Shown: positions 37,742 through 49,079, numbered from the stretch's first letter. The stretch: 64,000 bases of DNA from Alphaproteobacteria bacterium (GCA_965221125.1 CBDCRW010000004.1:224001-288000), one strand, 5' to 3'. A program made the numbers and translations. Notes: generated by a model from the sequence alone, not told the origin.

Positions 37742-38476
37742 ATGAGCGAGACGGAGCGCGAGGCGCGGATCGATCTGGCGGCGGCCTACCGGATGGCCTG
37801 CCATCACGGGCTCAACGAGGGCGTCTGCAACCACTTCTCCCTCATGCTGCCGGGGAGCAGCGACCGCTTCCTGTTGATCGCTTACGGCACCCACTGGAGC
37901 GAGGTGCGCGCGAGCAGCCTCGTCGTCGTGGACTTCGACGGCCGCCTGATCGAGGGCGAGGGGGAGGTGGAGGAGACCGCGATCTGCCTTCACGCGCCCC
38001 TGCACAAGGCGCGGCCCGATCTCCGCTGCCTGATGCACACCCATCAGCCCAACGTGCTGGCGCTCGCCATGGTCGAGGACGGCCGCCTGGAGCCCGCGAG
38101 CCAGAACGCGCTTCGCTTCACCCATCGCATCGCCTACGACCGGGCGTATGGGGGCGTCGCCCTTGCCGAGCAGGAGGGCGACCGCGTGGCCCGCGCGATG
38201 GACGGCCACGACATCCTCTTCATGGGCAATCACGGCGTGATGGTGGGCGGCGGCGACGTCGCCAAGACCTACGACGATCTCTACTACCTGGAGCGCGCGG
38301 CGATGGTTCAGATCCTCGCCATGAGCACGGGCCGTCCGCTGCAGCCGATCCCGCCCGAGATGGTGGCGGAAACCGTGGGCCAGTTGACGCGGGACAACAG
38401 GCACCGCTACGCGCTCGAGCATTTTGCCGCGATCAAGCGGATCCTCGACCGCACCGAGCCCGATTACCGGGAGTGA
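37742..38476 (+). CDS. Class II aldolase/adducin-family protein
   Basis: RIDLAAAYR, CNHFS, MHTH, NHG and LYYLERA motifs. Confidence 0.88.
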   Translation: MSETEREARIDLAAAYRMACHHGLNEGVCNHFSLMLPGSSDRFLLIAYGTHWSEVRASSLVVVDFDGRLIEGEGEVEETAICLHAPLHKARPDLRCLMHTHQPNVLALAMVEDGRLEPASQNALRFTHRIAYDRAYGGVALAEQEGDRVARAMDGHDILFMGNHGVMVGGGDVAKTYDDLYYLERAAMVQILAMSTGRPLQPIPPEMVAETVGQLTRDNRHRYALEHFAAIKRILDRTEPDYRE

Positions 38477-38518
38477 GTTTTTCGGGCGCCCCCTCGTCAT
38501 CGAGGCGGCGCCCAGGGA

Positions 38519-39211
38519 TTACCGATCCGGCGGCGTGCCGCGGTAGCCCGCGGCGAGCACGTAGGTCTCCGCCGAATCGCTGCGGCTCGCGGGCGGCTTG
38601 ACGTTCCGCACCCGCGCGAAGGCCTGGCGGAGGCGCACCTGAAGGTCGCTGTCGCCGCCCTGGCGCAGCTTGGCGAGGAAGCACCCGCCGGGGGCGAGCA
38701 GCGGCTCCGCGAGATCGAGCGCGGTCTCGCAGAGCGCCGAGACCCGCAGCCGGTCGGTCGGCGCGTGTCCCGTGGTCGGTGCCGCCATGTCGCTCATCAC
38801 AAGGTCCGCAGGCCCGCCCAGCGCGGCGCGAATCTCGTCGAGCGCGCCCGTGCCGCAGGCGTCGATGGTGAGCACGACCACGCCCTCGATGGGCTCGATC
38901 TCCGTGGTGTCGACCGCGACCACGCGGCCGCGTCTGCCCACCTGCGCCGCCGCCACCTGGCTCCAGCCGCCTGGCGCCGCGCCAAGGTCGACCACCCGGT
39001 GTCCGGGGCGCAGGATGTCTGCCGTCTCGGCGAGGCCGATCAGCTTGTAGGCGGCGCGGGAGCGGTAGCCGGCCTCGCGCGCCGCGCGGACGTAGGGGTC
39101 GTTGAGCTGGCGCTCCAGCCAGCGGGTGGACGACGGCTTGCGGCGGCGGGCGCGCTTGAGCTTGACCGGCGCCCGTCGCTTGCCTGGGCCACCGTCGCCC
39201 CTAGCGCTCAC
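38519..39211 (-). CDS. rlmE: 23S rRNA (uridine-2'-O) methyltransferase RlmE/FtsJ
   Basis: RQLNDPYV, YRSRAAYKL, DLGAAPGGWSQ, SDMAAP and KPPASRSDSAETY motifs. Confidence 0.95.
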   Translation of the reverse strand: MSARGDGGPGKRRAPVKLKRARRRKPSSTRWLERQLNDPYVRAAREAGYRSRAAYKLIGLAETADILRPGHRVVDLGAAPGGWSQVAAAQVGRRGRVVAVDTTEIEPIEGVVVLTIDACGTGALDEIRAALGGPADLVMSDMAAPTTGHAPTDRLRVSALCETALDLAEPLLAPGGCFLAKLRQGGDSDLQVRLRQAFARVRNVKPPASRSDSAETYVLAAGYRGTPPDR

Positions 39212-40206
39212 CGGGCCGCGCTCTCCCGCCGCTCGGCGCGTGCCGCCCGCATCATCCTGAGCAGCATCCCCTCGCGGAGCCCCCGGTCGGCGACGTCGAG
39301 CTGTCCGGCCGGGCAGATGGCCATGACCGCATCGAGGATGGCGCAGCCGGCGATCATCACGTCGCCCCGCCCCGGCCCGATGCAGGGCTGGGCCGCGCGG
39401 GCGGCAAAGTCCTGATCGATGACCGTGTCGATCACGGCGCGCACGTCGTCGAACCGCAGCCGGAGGCCATCCACCCGCTGCCGGTCGTAGCGCGGGAGCC
39501 CGAGATGGATGCCCGCGATGGTGGTGACGGTGCCGGACGTGCCGAGGAGCTGAACCCTGTCGTTGCCGGCGCCCGCCGTGATGCCGTGCGCCGCGGCGAA
39601 GGGACCGATCTCGCCTTCGATCTCGGCGACCATGGCGTCATAGACCGCGCGCCCCACCCGGTCGCCGCCGTAGCGCTCGGCAAGCGAGACGACCCCGTGG
39701 GCGATCGAGGTCCACGCCGCGAGCTCGGGCCGCCGGCCGTCGTCGAGGCGCACCCATATGAGCTCGGTGCTGCCGCCCCCGATGTCGAGCACCAGCACGT
39801 GCCGCCGCGTCCCGTCGAAGAGCGGCGTGCAGCCCTCCAGGGCAAGTTGCACCTCCTCGGCTGGCGAAATGATCTCGATCGAGAGCCCGGTCTCGTCGTC
39901 GGCACGGTCGATGAACGCTTGCCGGTTCTCCGCCCGCCGGCAGGCCTCGGTGGCCACCGCGCGATAGTGGCTGACGCCGCCCCGCCGGAGCTTGCCGGCG
40001 CAGACCCGGAGCGCCCCGATGGTCCGCTCCATCGCCTGCTCGGAAAGCCGCCCCGATTGCGCCACGCCCTCGCCGAGCCGCACGATCCGCGAGAAGGCGT
40101 CGACGACGCGAAAACCCTTTCCCTTGGGCCGCGCGACGAGGAGCCGGCAGTTGTTCGTGCCGAGGTCGAGCGCGCCGAATGAAGGGCCGGGCCTTCCGTC
40201 CACCAT
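39208..40206 (-). CDS. ppx: Ppx/GppA-family phosphatase
   Basis: ALDLGTNNCRL, ATEACRRA, DIGGGSTE, GTSGTVTT and RGLREG motifs; coupled to rlmE. Confidence 0.92.
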   Translation of the reverse strand: MVDGRPGPSFGALDLGTNNCRLLVARPKGKGFRVVDAFSRIVRLGEGVAQSGRLSEQAMERTIGALRVCAGKLRRGGVSHYRAVATEACRRAENRQAFIDRADDETGLSIEIISPAEEVQLALEGCTPLFDGTRRHVLVLDIGGGSTELIWVRLDDGRRPELAAWTSIAHGVVSLAERYGGDRVGRAVYDAMVAEIEGEIGPFAAAHGITAGAGNDRVQLLGTSGTVTTIAGIHLGLPRYDRQRVDGLRLRFDDVRAVIDTVIDQDFAARAAQPCIGPGRGDVMIAGCAILDAVMAICPAGQLDVADRGLREGMLLRMMRAARAERRESAAR

Positions 40207-40378
40207 GCCTGCTCCGATTGCCGGGGCGCCCGCTCCCCGGCGCCGGCTCGGGCGCCATTACAACGCGTGCGCACGCGGCTGGCAACGCATCGGAGCACGC
40301 GGGTGCGACGCAGGCCGTGACCGGGGCGAGAGGCGCACGCTAGTCTGGCCGCATGATGACCCACGCAAGGGCCTGACC

Positions 40379-41476
40379 GTGCGGGACGCAGCTGCGCCAG
40401 TCCGTTCGCTGGACGCGCGCTACTACACCGATCCGGCCGTCTTCGAGAGAGAGCGCACGGGCCTCTTCTCCCGCACCTGGCAGTTTGCCGGGCACGAGAG
40501 CCTGCTCCGCAACGAGGGCGACTACTTTACCGTCGAGATCGCGGGCGAAAGCCTGTTCTGCGTTCGCGGTCGCGACGGGGTCCTGCGCAGCTTCTACAAC
40601 GTCTGCCAGCACCGCGCCCATCCGCTGCTGCAGGGCCGGGGCAGGGCGCGCGCCGTCGTCTGCCCCTATCACGCCTGGTCCTACGAGCTCGATGGCGCAT
40701 TCCGCAGCGGGCCGAACGTCGCGGCCGTTCCGGGCTTCGATGCGTCGGCCATCCGTCTCACGCCGGTGCGCACCGAGATTTTTCGCGGCTTCGTCTTCGT
40801 CAACCTGGACGATGACGCCCTGCCGATGGACGCGTGGTATCCCGGCGTCCGCGAGGAGCTGGCGGCCTACGTCCCCGACATCGGCGCGCTCGAGCCGCTC
40901 GAATGGCTCGAGGTGCCGGAGCGGTGCAACTGGAAGGTCTCGGTCGAGAACTATTCAGAGTGCTACCACTGCACGCTGAACCACCCGACGTTCGCGACCG
41001 GCGTCGTCCGGCCCGAGAGCTACGACATCCGGGCTTCGGAGCGGGGATACGTCCTGCGCCATGTCTCGGAGTGCCAGGACCTCGAACGGATGAGCTATCC
41101 GATCGACCCTTCGGTCCCCCACGCCGGCGCGTACCGCTCCTTCTTCCTCTGGCCCACGTTCTCGTTCCAGGTCTATCCGGGCAACCTGCTGAACACCTAC
41201 CACTGGCGAGCCGACGACGTGGACACCTGCACCGTCTGGCGCGGCTGGTACACGCCCGGCGGGGCCGAGAGCGAGACGGTCCGCCGGCTCGCCCGCCAGG
41301 ACCGCGAGACCACCGTGGCCGAGGACCTCCGCCTGGTCGAGAGCGTGGCGCAGGGCCTGAAGAGCCGCGGCTACCGTCCGGGGCCGCTCGTGCTCGACCC
41401 GAACGGCGGGCTCAACGCCGAGAACGCGATCCGGACGCTCCAGCAATGGATGCGCGAGGCGGCGGAGGAAGCGTGA
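40379..41476 (+). CDS. Rieske non-heme iron oxygenase alpha subunit (quaternary-amine oxygenase-like)
   Basis: Rieske CQHRAH...CPYHAW and mononuclear Fe site NWKVSVENYSECYHCTLNH; GTG start is approximate. Confidence 0.9.
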   Translation: MRDAAAPVRSLDARYYTDPAVFERERTGLFSRTWQFAGHESLLRNEGDYFTVEIAGESLFCVRGRDGVLRSFYNVCQHRAHPLLQGRGRARAVVCPYHAWSYELDGAFRSGPNVAAVPGFDASAIRLTPVRTEIFRGFVFVNLDDDALPMDAWYPGVREELAAYVPDIGALEPLEWLEVPERCNWKVSVENYSECYHCTLNHPTFATGVVRPESYDIRASERGYVLRHVSECQDLERMSYPIDPSVPHAGAYRSFFLWPTFSFQVYPGNLLNTYHWRADDVDTCTVWRGWYTPGGAESETVRRLARQDRETTVAEDLRLVESVAQGLKSRGYRPGPLVLDPNGGLNAENAIRTLQQWMREAAEEA

Positions 41477-41490
41477 CGGCAGGCCAAGAT

Positions 41491-41515
41491 CGGTTGACAC
41501 GGCCGCCCCTTGCCA
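41491..41515 (+). repeat. Left copy of a 25-bp direct repeat (duplicated tRNA-Gln promoter segment)
   Basis: CGGTTGACACGGCCGCCCCTTGCCA matches 42792-42816 (CGGTTGACACGGCCGCCCCATGCCA) at 24 of 25 positions. Confidence 0.85.
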
Positions 41516-41590
41516 CCCGCCGTACTCTCCGATTTGGATTCCGCTCCGTCCCGCTTGACGAACCGCGCCAACCCATCATATTGGTAAGTT

Positions 41591-41920
41591 GTGGCAGGCG
41601 GCTCCATCATTCCGTTTCCCAAGATGGGCCAGACACGTCCCACGACTCGGCAGCTGGTGCGGCACGTCCACGAGTTCTCCTCGGTGGACACCCATAACGT
41701 TCGTATGGACGAACCGCATTTCCAGCAGAGCATGAGTGAGCGGGATATCGACATGAGGTCGGTTCTGGAAGTCCTGCGGCACGGGAGAGGTATCGGAAGC
41801 CCAACGCTCGACGAATACGGAGATTGGCGGATCAGGATGGTTCGGAAGGTGGCCGGTCGCAGCGTCGAGGTGACCTTGGCGGTATGCGCAGACCACGTGG
41901 TGTGCATCACCGCCTGGTAA
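41591..41920 (+). CDS. DUF4258-like protein, putative RelE-fold toxin
   Basis: HFQQSMSERDIDMRSVLEVLRHG and C-terminal VVCITAW pattern; precedes an XRE gene; TTGACG-N16-CATATT lies just upstream of the GTG. Confidence 0.65.
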   Translation: MAGGSIIPFPKMGQTRPTTRQLVRHVHEFSSVDTHNVRMDEPHFQQSMSERDIDMRSVLEVLRHGRGIGSPTLDEYGDWRIRMVRKVAGRSVEVTLAVCADHVVCITAW

Positions 41921-41945
41921 GCGACTGACGAACGGAGGGAGACCG

Positions 41946-42440
41946 ATGGATGGCGAGAGATACCACTACCGGGAGTGCGGACTGGACGACGTTTATCTTG
42001 TGAACGGGTTCACGCGCTTCAAGTCGGCCCGCGGAACAAGCGTCGCGATAAAGAATATCGACATGCTTCACCAGGCTATCGGCACGCATCTGTGCAATCA
42101 GACTGGGGAGCTGAGCGGCAAGGAGATCAAGTTCCTGCGGCGGGAATTGATGCTGTCCCAAGCGGCGCTGGCGCACCTCGTGGGCGTGAAAGAGCAAACC
42201 GTTCACAGATGGGAGGCGGACAAGAACAGTATGCCGAGAGCAACGGAGGCTCTGTTGAGGCGTCTCTACATGGAGCAGGTCGAGAGCGACAACGATAGCC
42301 TTCGAGACCTGCTGAAGCGGATTGCCGATCTCGAAGATGCGATTCACCACCGCCAGGAATTGATCTTCAAGCTCAAGACCACGAGGCGGAGAAAGACTTC
42401 AGCCGGGCAACAGCCGGTGCAATGGGCATTGGCTGCTTAG
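41946..42440 (+). CDS. XRE/MqsA-like HTH antitoxin
   Basis: YHYRECGLDDVYLVNGF N-terminus and GKEIKFLRRELMLSQAALAHLVGVKEQTVHRWE HTH; GGAGG RBS. Confidence 0.85.
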   Translation: MDGERYHYRECGLDDVYLVNGFTRFKSARGTSVAIKNIDMLHQAIGTHLCNQTGELSGKEIKFLRRELMLSQAALAHLVGVKEQTVHRWEADKNSMPRATEALLRRLYMEQVESDNDSLRDLLKRIADLEDAIHHRQELIFKLKTTRRRKTSAGQQPVQWALAA

Positions 42441-42706
42441 CCCGCATTTCTCACCAGGGTCATGGTCTGCGCGGCGTTGTCCGGCCGTCAGGCAAGGAGA
42501 GGCGCGCAGCGCGATGTGGTGCATCGGGCAAGCGCATCGACGCAGCATGTCGGCCGGACAGCGTCGCCCTTCGGGTCGCGCCCAGGCGCCCGCCCGCGGC
42601 GTCGCGGGCCTCAACCGTATTCCCTGATACGCTTTTCGGCCCGCTCCTGGCGGATCGAACGCCTGGACGCGACGCAGGCCGTGACCCTGGTGATAAATGC
42701 GGGCTA
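42438..42706. mobile_element. MITE-like non-autonomous element with 34-bp terminal inverted repeats
   Basis: Left TAGCCCGCATTTCTCACCAGGGTCATGGTCTGCG (42438-42471) versus reverse complement of 42673-42706 (TAGCCCGCATTTATCACCAGGGTCACGGCCTGCG): 31 of 34 identical. Terminal TA could be a target duplication; no transposase inside. Confidence 0.75.
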
Positions 42707-42791
42707 GGGACGCCAGAAGCTCCCCTGCCAAGCCAGGCGGCGATGAAGTCGTCGACAGCTCAAATTGCGCTATTGTGCTGCCTACCTGCGC

Positions 42792-42822
42792 CGGTTGACA
42801 CGGCCGCCCCATGCCATAAATT
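42792..42822 (+). promoter_or_regulatory. sigma70 promoter of tRNA-Gln (includes the right copy of the 25-bp direct repeat)
   Basis: TTGACA (42795-42800), 16-bp spacer, TAAATT (42817-42822), 16 nt before the tRNA. Confidence 0.7.
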
Positions 42823-42838
42823 TCGGGCCACAGCCTGC

Positions 42839-42912
42839 TGGGGGATAGTCTAACGGTAGGACAGCGGACTCTGACTCCGTAGGTCCAGGTTCGAATCCTG
42901 GTCCCCCAGCCA
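42839..42912 (+). tRNA. tRNA-Gln (anticodon CTG)
   Basis: Acceptor stem TGGGGGA/TCCCCCA, anticodon arm GCGGA-CTCTGAC-TCCGT, T-loop GGTTCGAATCC, encoded CCA. Confidence 0.97.
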
Positions 42913-42975
42913 CCTCTCCCGCCCGGCACGGCCCGATGGCCCGGCCGGGCGACGTGATTCTGGCGAGCGCCCAAA

Positions 42976-44073
42976 TCAGGCGTGGGTGCGGGTCTTATCC
43001 GGGTCGTAGAACGGAATCTGCGAGACCGTGGCCTGGCACTGCATGGTCTCGCTTTCCAGCATCAGCTCCGTGCCCTCGGCGGCCGCGTTCGGCGAGACGT
43101 GGCAGAGCGCGAGTGACTTCTGGAGCCGGTGCGACCAGGCCGGGCTGTTGACGATGCCGACCTTGTCGCCGTCGAGGGTGAGCGTGGCGCCCGCCTCCGC
43201 CGCGTCGTCGTGATCGGCGACGATGCCGACCATCAGTATCTTCTCCTGCCCCTCGCGGGCGAACACCGCGTCCCTGCCGCGAAAATCGCCCTTCTTGCGC
43301 GAGACCGACCAGCCCATGGTCACCTCCCAGGGCGTGTTCTCCTCGGTCATGTCGTAGGGATAGAAGAGGAGCGCCGCCTCCACCCTGATCTTGTCGAGGC
43401 AGGTGAAGGAGCAGGGAACGATGCCGGCGCCCGCGCCGGTCGCGAGGATCTCCTCCCAGAGCGGCACCACGTGCTCGGCGGTGGCGAAGATCTCGTAGCC
43501 GCGCTCGCCGGAATAGCCGGTCCGCGAGATCAGCACCGGGCGGCCGAAGAGCGTGGTCTCCGCCTGGTGGAAGTAGCCGAGCGCGGGCAGGTCGATGGGC
43601 GTGTGCGCATCGAGGAAGCCCACCGATGCCGGCCCCTGCAGCGAGATGTCGTGCAGGTCGTCGTCGAAGACGATGCTCGCGTCGCGGCCCGCCGCGCTCT
43701 CCTGCAGCTTCTCCATGCAGGCGCCTGCGCCGTGGACGACGAGGAAGTCGTCGTCGCCCAGGGTGAAGATGATGGCATCGTCGCAGATGCCGCCGTCATC
43801 CTGGAGGATCGGCCCGTAGGCCGAGCGCCCGATGGGGATCCGGGTCATGTCGCGGGTGATGATGTGATCGCAGACGGCGGCGGCGTCGCTGCCGCGCACG
43901 CGGACCTTCTTGAGGCCTGAGACGTCGAAGAGGCCGGCGCGCTCCCGCACCGCGTCGTGCTCGTCGCAGGGGTCCGAGTCGTAGGTCCATGGCGCGCCCA
44001 TGCCGTTCCAGTCCTCGAGGTTGGAGCCGAGCGCCCGGTGGTGCGCGGCCAGCGCCGATTCACGTGTGCTCAT
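42976..44073 (-). CDS. GcvT-family (THF-binding) aminomethyltransferase-like protein
   Basis: GLFDVSG, DDAII, SLQGP, SRTGYSGERGYEI, RVEA and PFYDP motifs; the N-terminus HRALGSNLEDWNGMG recalls DmmD-type methylamine-linked proteins. Confidence 0.9.
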   Translation of the reverse strand: MSTRESALAAHHRALGSNLEDWNGMGAPWTYDSDPCDEHDAVRERAGLFDVSGLKKVRVRGSDAAAVCDHIITRDMTRIPIGRSAYGPILQDDGGICDDAIIFTLGDDDFLVVHGAGACMEKLQESAAGRDASIVFDDDLHDISLQGPASVGFLDAHTPIDLPALGYFHQAETTLFGRPVLISRTGYSGERGYEIFATAEHVVPLWEEILATGAGAGIVPCSFTCLDKIRVEAALLFYPYDMTEENTPWEVTMGWSVSRKKGDFRGRDAVFAREGQEKILMVGIVADHDDAAEAGATLTLDGDKVGIVNSPAWSHRLQKSLALCHVSPNAAAEGTELMLESETMQCQATVSQIPFYDPDKTRTHA

Positions 44074-44125
44074 GCTCCCTCTCCCTTGTCGTATCCCTCA
44101 GTCGCCGGGCAGGGTTGCTCCCGCT

Positions 44126-46423
<2,298 letters not shown>

Positions 46424-46505
46424 CTACGGCGCAGGATAGCATAGTGGACGCGGGGCCGGTAGACGCTCGACTATCAGTGGCGGCATCAATTTACCTAACA
46501 CTCGA

Positions 46506-46555
46506 TTGGTAGAACCAAAATGGTCGCATGGCGATACTCTGATTGGTCCAACCAA
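46506..46555. promoter_or_regulatory. Two GntR/FadR-type operator palindromes in the divergent tmd/ABC promoter region
   Basis: TTGGT-AGA-ACCAA (46506-46518) and TTGGT-CCA-ACCAA (46543-46555) match the TGGT-N3-ACCA FadR-subfamily consensus. Confidence 0.72.
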
Positions 46556-46726
46556 CAACTCGTATTTGTGCCCTAATTTGTCGCGCGGTCTTGACTCGGA
46601 TCAATGACACCGAATACGATTTTGTCTGACGATTTCGCGACAGGAGCGTAATCGATCTGGCTGCCTCGGCAGATCGCGCCGCGCCACGGCGCTCCGCGCA
46701 GCCGCACCCAACAGGGAGACCAAGTC

Positions 46727-47998
46727 ATGGGCAAGAAGGGACTTACACGCAGGCAATTCACCGGCACCGCCGCAGCCGCGGCCGGCGCCGTTGCCGCGTC
46801 GTCGTTCGGCGCCCCCTATGTTGCACAGGGCGCCGAGAAGGTCGTCAAGCTCGGCTTTCTGGGGCCGCTCACCGGTGAAGTGGCGGGCTGGGCCCTGCCG
46901 GGCCGCAATGCTTGCCTGATCTGGGCCGACCAGGTCAACGCGGGCGGCGGCATCAAGATCGGCGACGACAACTACATGGTCGAGATCGTCTCCTACGACA
47001 ACGAGTACCTGGCGGACAAGTCGTTGATCGGTGCGAAGAAGCTGGTGCTCGAGGACGACGTCAAGTTGGTCTTGATGCTGGGCGGCACCGACGCGCCGGC
47101 GGCCGTGCAGTTCTTCACCAAGCAGAAGATGCTGTCGACCACCCTGCTGCCGAGCGATCTCACCCCCGACACGCTCTATCACCTGGCGCCCGCCGAGGTG
47201 CATCCGCTCTACAACGTGACCGGCGTCGAGTGGCTCGCTGAGAACCGGCCGGAGCTCAAGACCGCTGCGATCTGCGCCCAGGACGACGAGCTCGGGTGGC
47301 CCTCGGTCGCGACCTATCTCGCTGCGTTCGAGGCGGCAGGCATCGACGTCGTCTACAACAAGTACTTCGACATCGGGACCACCGACTTCGCGCCGGTGGT
47401 GACCGCGATGCTGGCCGAGAATCCTGACATCGTCTGCCTCGACACGGCCTATCCGGACTTCGTCAACCTGCTCTGCGAGCAACTCTTCCTGCAGGACTAC
47501 AAGGGGCAGATCATCTCCTGCACCCTCGATTTCTACGGGCGGATTATCGAGAAAACGAGCACGGAGTTCCTCGAGGGTCTGATCTTCCAGTTCCCGGATT
47601 TCGACGACCCGGCGATGAACGAGCCGCACATTAACTTCGAAAACCCCAACGAGTTCTTCGTCAACTACAACGAGCGCTTCCCCGACGCCTGGAGCGCGGT
47701 GACCTGGGAATATCCCGCCATCGCCGAGATGTGGAGACTGGCGGCCGAGAAGGCCGGCAGCGTCGAGCCGATGGCCGTGTTCGCGTCGCTGAAGGAAGGC
47801 GGGCGCGGCCCCCACGTCTTCGGCGACGCCGACTGGTGGGGCGAAGAGCTGTGGGGCATCGACAACGCCCTGGTCGGCAACTGGCCGGTGGTGCAGATCC
47901 AGAACGGCAAGGCCACGATCGTCGAGTACCGCAACATCATCGACTGGTGGAACAAGCACGGCGAGCTGTTGAAGAAGCATACCGCGGAGCAAGGCTGA
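46727..47998 (+). CDS. LIV/HAAT-family ABC substrate-binding protein with Tat signal
   Basis: TRRQF twin-arginine signal, KLGFLGPLTG, VNAGGGI and TDFAPVV motifs. Confidence 0.9.
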   Translation: MGKKGLTRRQFTGTAAAAAGAVAASSFGAPYVAQGAEKVVKLGFLGPLTGEVAGWALPGRNACLIWADQVNAGGGIKIGDDNYMVEIVSYDNEYLADKSLIGAKKLVLEDDVKLVLMLGGTDAPAAVQFFTKQKMLSTTLLPSDLTPDTLYHLAPAEVHPLYNVTGVEWLAENRPELKTAAICAQDDELGWPSVATYLAAFEAAGIDVVYNKYFDIGTTDFAPVVTAMLAENPDIVCLDTAYPDFVNLLCEQLFLQDYKGQIISCTLDFYGRIIEKTSTEFLEGLIFQFPDFDDPAMNEPHINFENPNEFFVNYNERFPDAWSAVTWEYPAIAEMWRLAAEKAGSVEPMAVFASLKEGGRGPHVFGDADWWGEELWGIDNALVGNWPVVQIQNGKATIVEYRNIIDWWNKHGELLKKHTAEQG

Positions 47999-48070
47999 CC
48001 CTGCAGCCTGCGGTAACCACCACGTTATGACGCGGCGGGTCCGTCGTCAGCACGGACCGCCGCACAGGCG

Positions 48071-48103
48071 AGCCGGGGCAGTGCAGCCCCGGCTTTTCCT
48101 TTG
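48071..48103 (+). terminator. Intrinsic terminator/stabilising hairpin after the binding-protein gene
   Basis: Stem AGCCGGGGC/GCCCCGGCT with a 6-nt loop followed by TTTCCTTT. Confidence 0.65.
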
Positions 48104-48203
48104 TAGTATTCGTGACCGGGCGAGTGGATGCACCGCTCGGCCCGGCGCGGCTTTTCCGCCGGCAGGCCGCGGCTTGATACGTCGCTGATCCGCACGAGGG
48201 ACC

Positions 48204-49079
48204 GTGGATACTGTCGTTCAGACGCTGGTGAACGCTCTGATGCAGAGCAGCTTCGTCGCGCTGATGGCGGTGGGCCTGGTTCTCATCTTCGGCGTCATGC
48301 GGGTCATCAACTTCGCCCACGGCGAGTTCTACATGGCCGGCGCCTACGTCGTGTTCTGGCTCTACGCCCAGCACGAGCTGCCCTTCTTCGCTGCCGTGGT
48401 TGCGGCCATGATCATCGTCGGCATCATCGGACTGATCATCGAGCAGCTTCTGTTCAAGCCGATGCGGGACAACCCGCTCGGCGGGCTGATCATGTCCATC
48501 GGCGTGCTCTTCATCCTCCAGGTGCTCGCCGCGGTCATTTTCGGCGTCGGCCTGATGAAGCACATCCCGCCGCTCTATCCCGGGGCAACGCCGCTCTTCG
48601 GCATGGACGGCGTCTCGGTGCCGTGGCAGCGGCTCGTCGCCTTCGGCATTGCGGTCGTGCTACTGATCGGGTTCTGGCTCTTTCTCAAGCGCACACGGCT
48701 CGGCTGGGCGCTCCGCGCCTGTGCGCAGGACCGCGAGGCGGCGGCGCTCCAGGGCATGTCGATCAACAAGCTGGCGCTGCTGGCCATGGGGCTCGGCGCC
48801 GGCATGGCGGGCGCCGCCGGCGCGATCATGGCGCCGCTGGTCCGCGTCTATCCCTATATCGGCGGCCCGGTGATCGTGACCGCCTTTATCGTCATCGTCG
48901 TGGGCGGCATCGGCAGCCTCGAAGGCGCGGTGCTGGCCGCGGTGCTCTACACCTTCTTCCACACCTTCGTCGCAACCTACCTCGACGGGACCATCGCGAG
49001 CATCCTCGGCCTGCTGCTGATGCTGCTCGTGCTCATCGTGCGGCCCGCCGGACTGCTGGGTAAAGGTGAGAAGGTCTAA
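48204..49079 (+). CDS. LivH-type ABC permease
   Basis: GLVLIFGVMRVINFAHGEFYM, LRACAQDREAAALQG and VVGGIGS motifs. Confidence 0.92.
   Translation: MDTVVQTLVNALMQSSFVALMAVGLVLIFGVMRVINFAHGEFYMAGAYVVFWLYAQHELPFFAAVVAAMIIVGIIGLIIEQLLFKPMRDNPLGGLIMSIGVLFILQVLAAVIFGVGLMKHIPPLYPGATPLFGMDGVSVPWQRLVAFGIAVVLLIGFWLFLKRTRLGWALRACAQDREAAALQGMSINKLALLAMGLGAGMAGAAGAIMAPLVRVYPYIGGPVIVTAFIVIVVGGIGSLEGAVLAAVLYTFFHTFVATYLDGTIASILGLLLMLLVLIVRPAGLLGKGEKV

Noticed and set aside
42839-42912. Prophage or ICE integrated at the tRNA-Gln 3' end
   Set aside because: No duplicate of the tRNA 3' end, integrase or phage genes were seen in the window.
42976-44073. Glycine cleavage T protein with a glycine riboswitch
   Set aside because: No gcvH/gcvP neighbours and no riboswitch-like leader; the context points to methylamine C1 handling.
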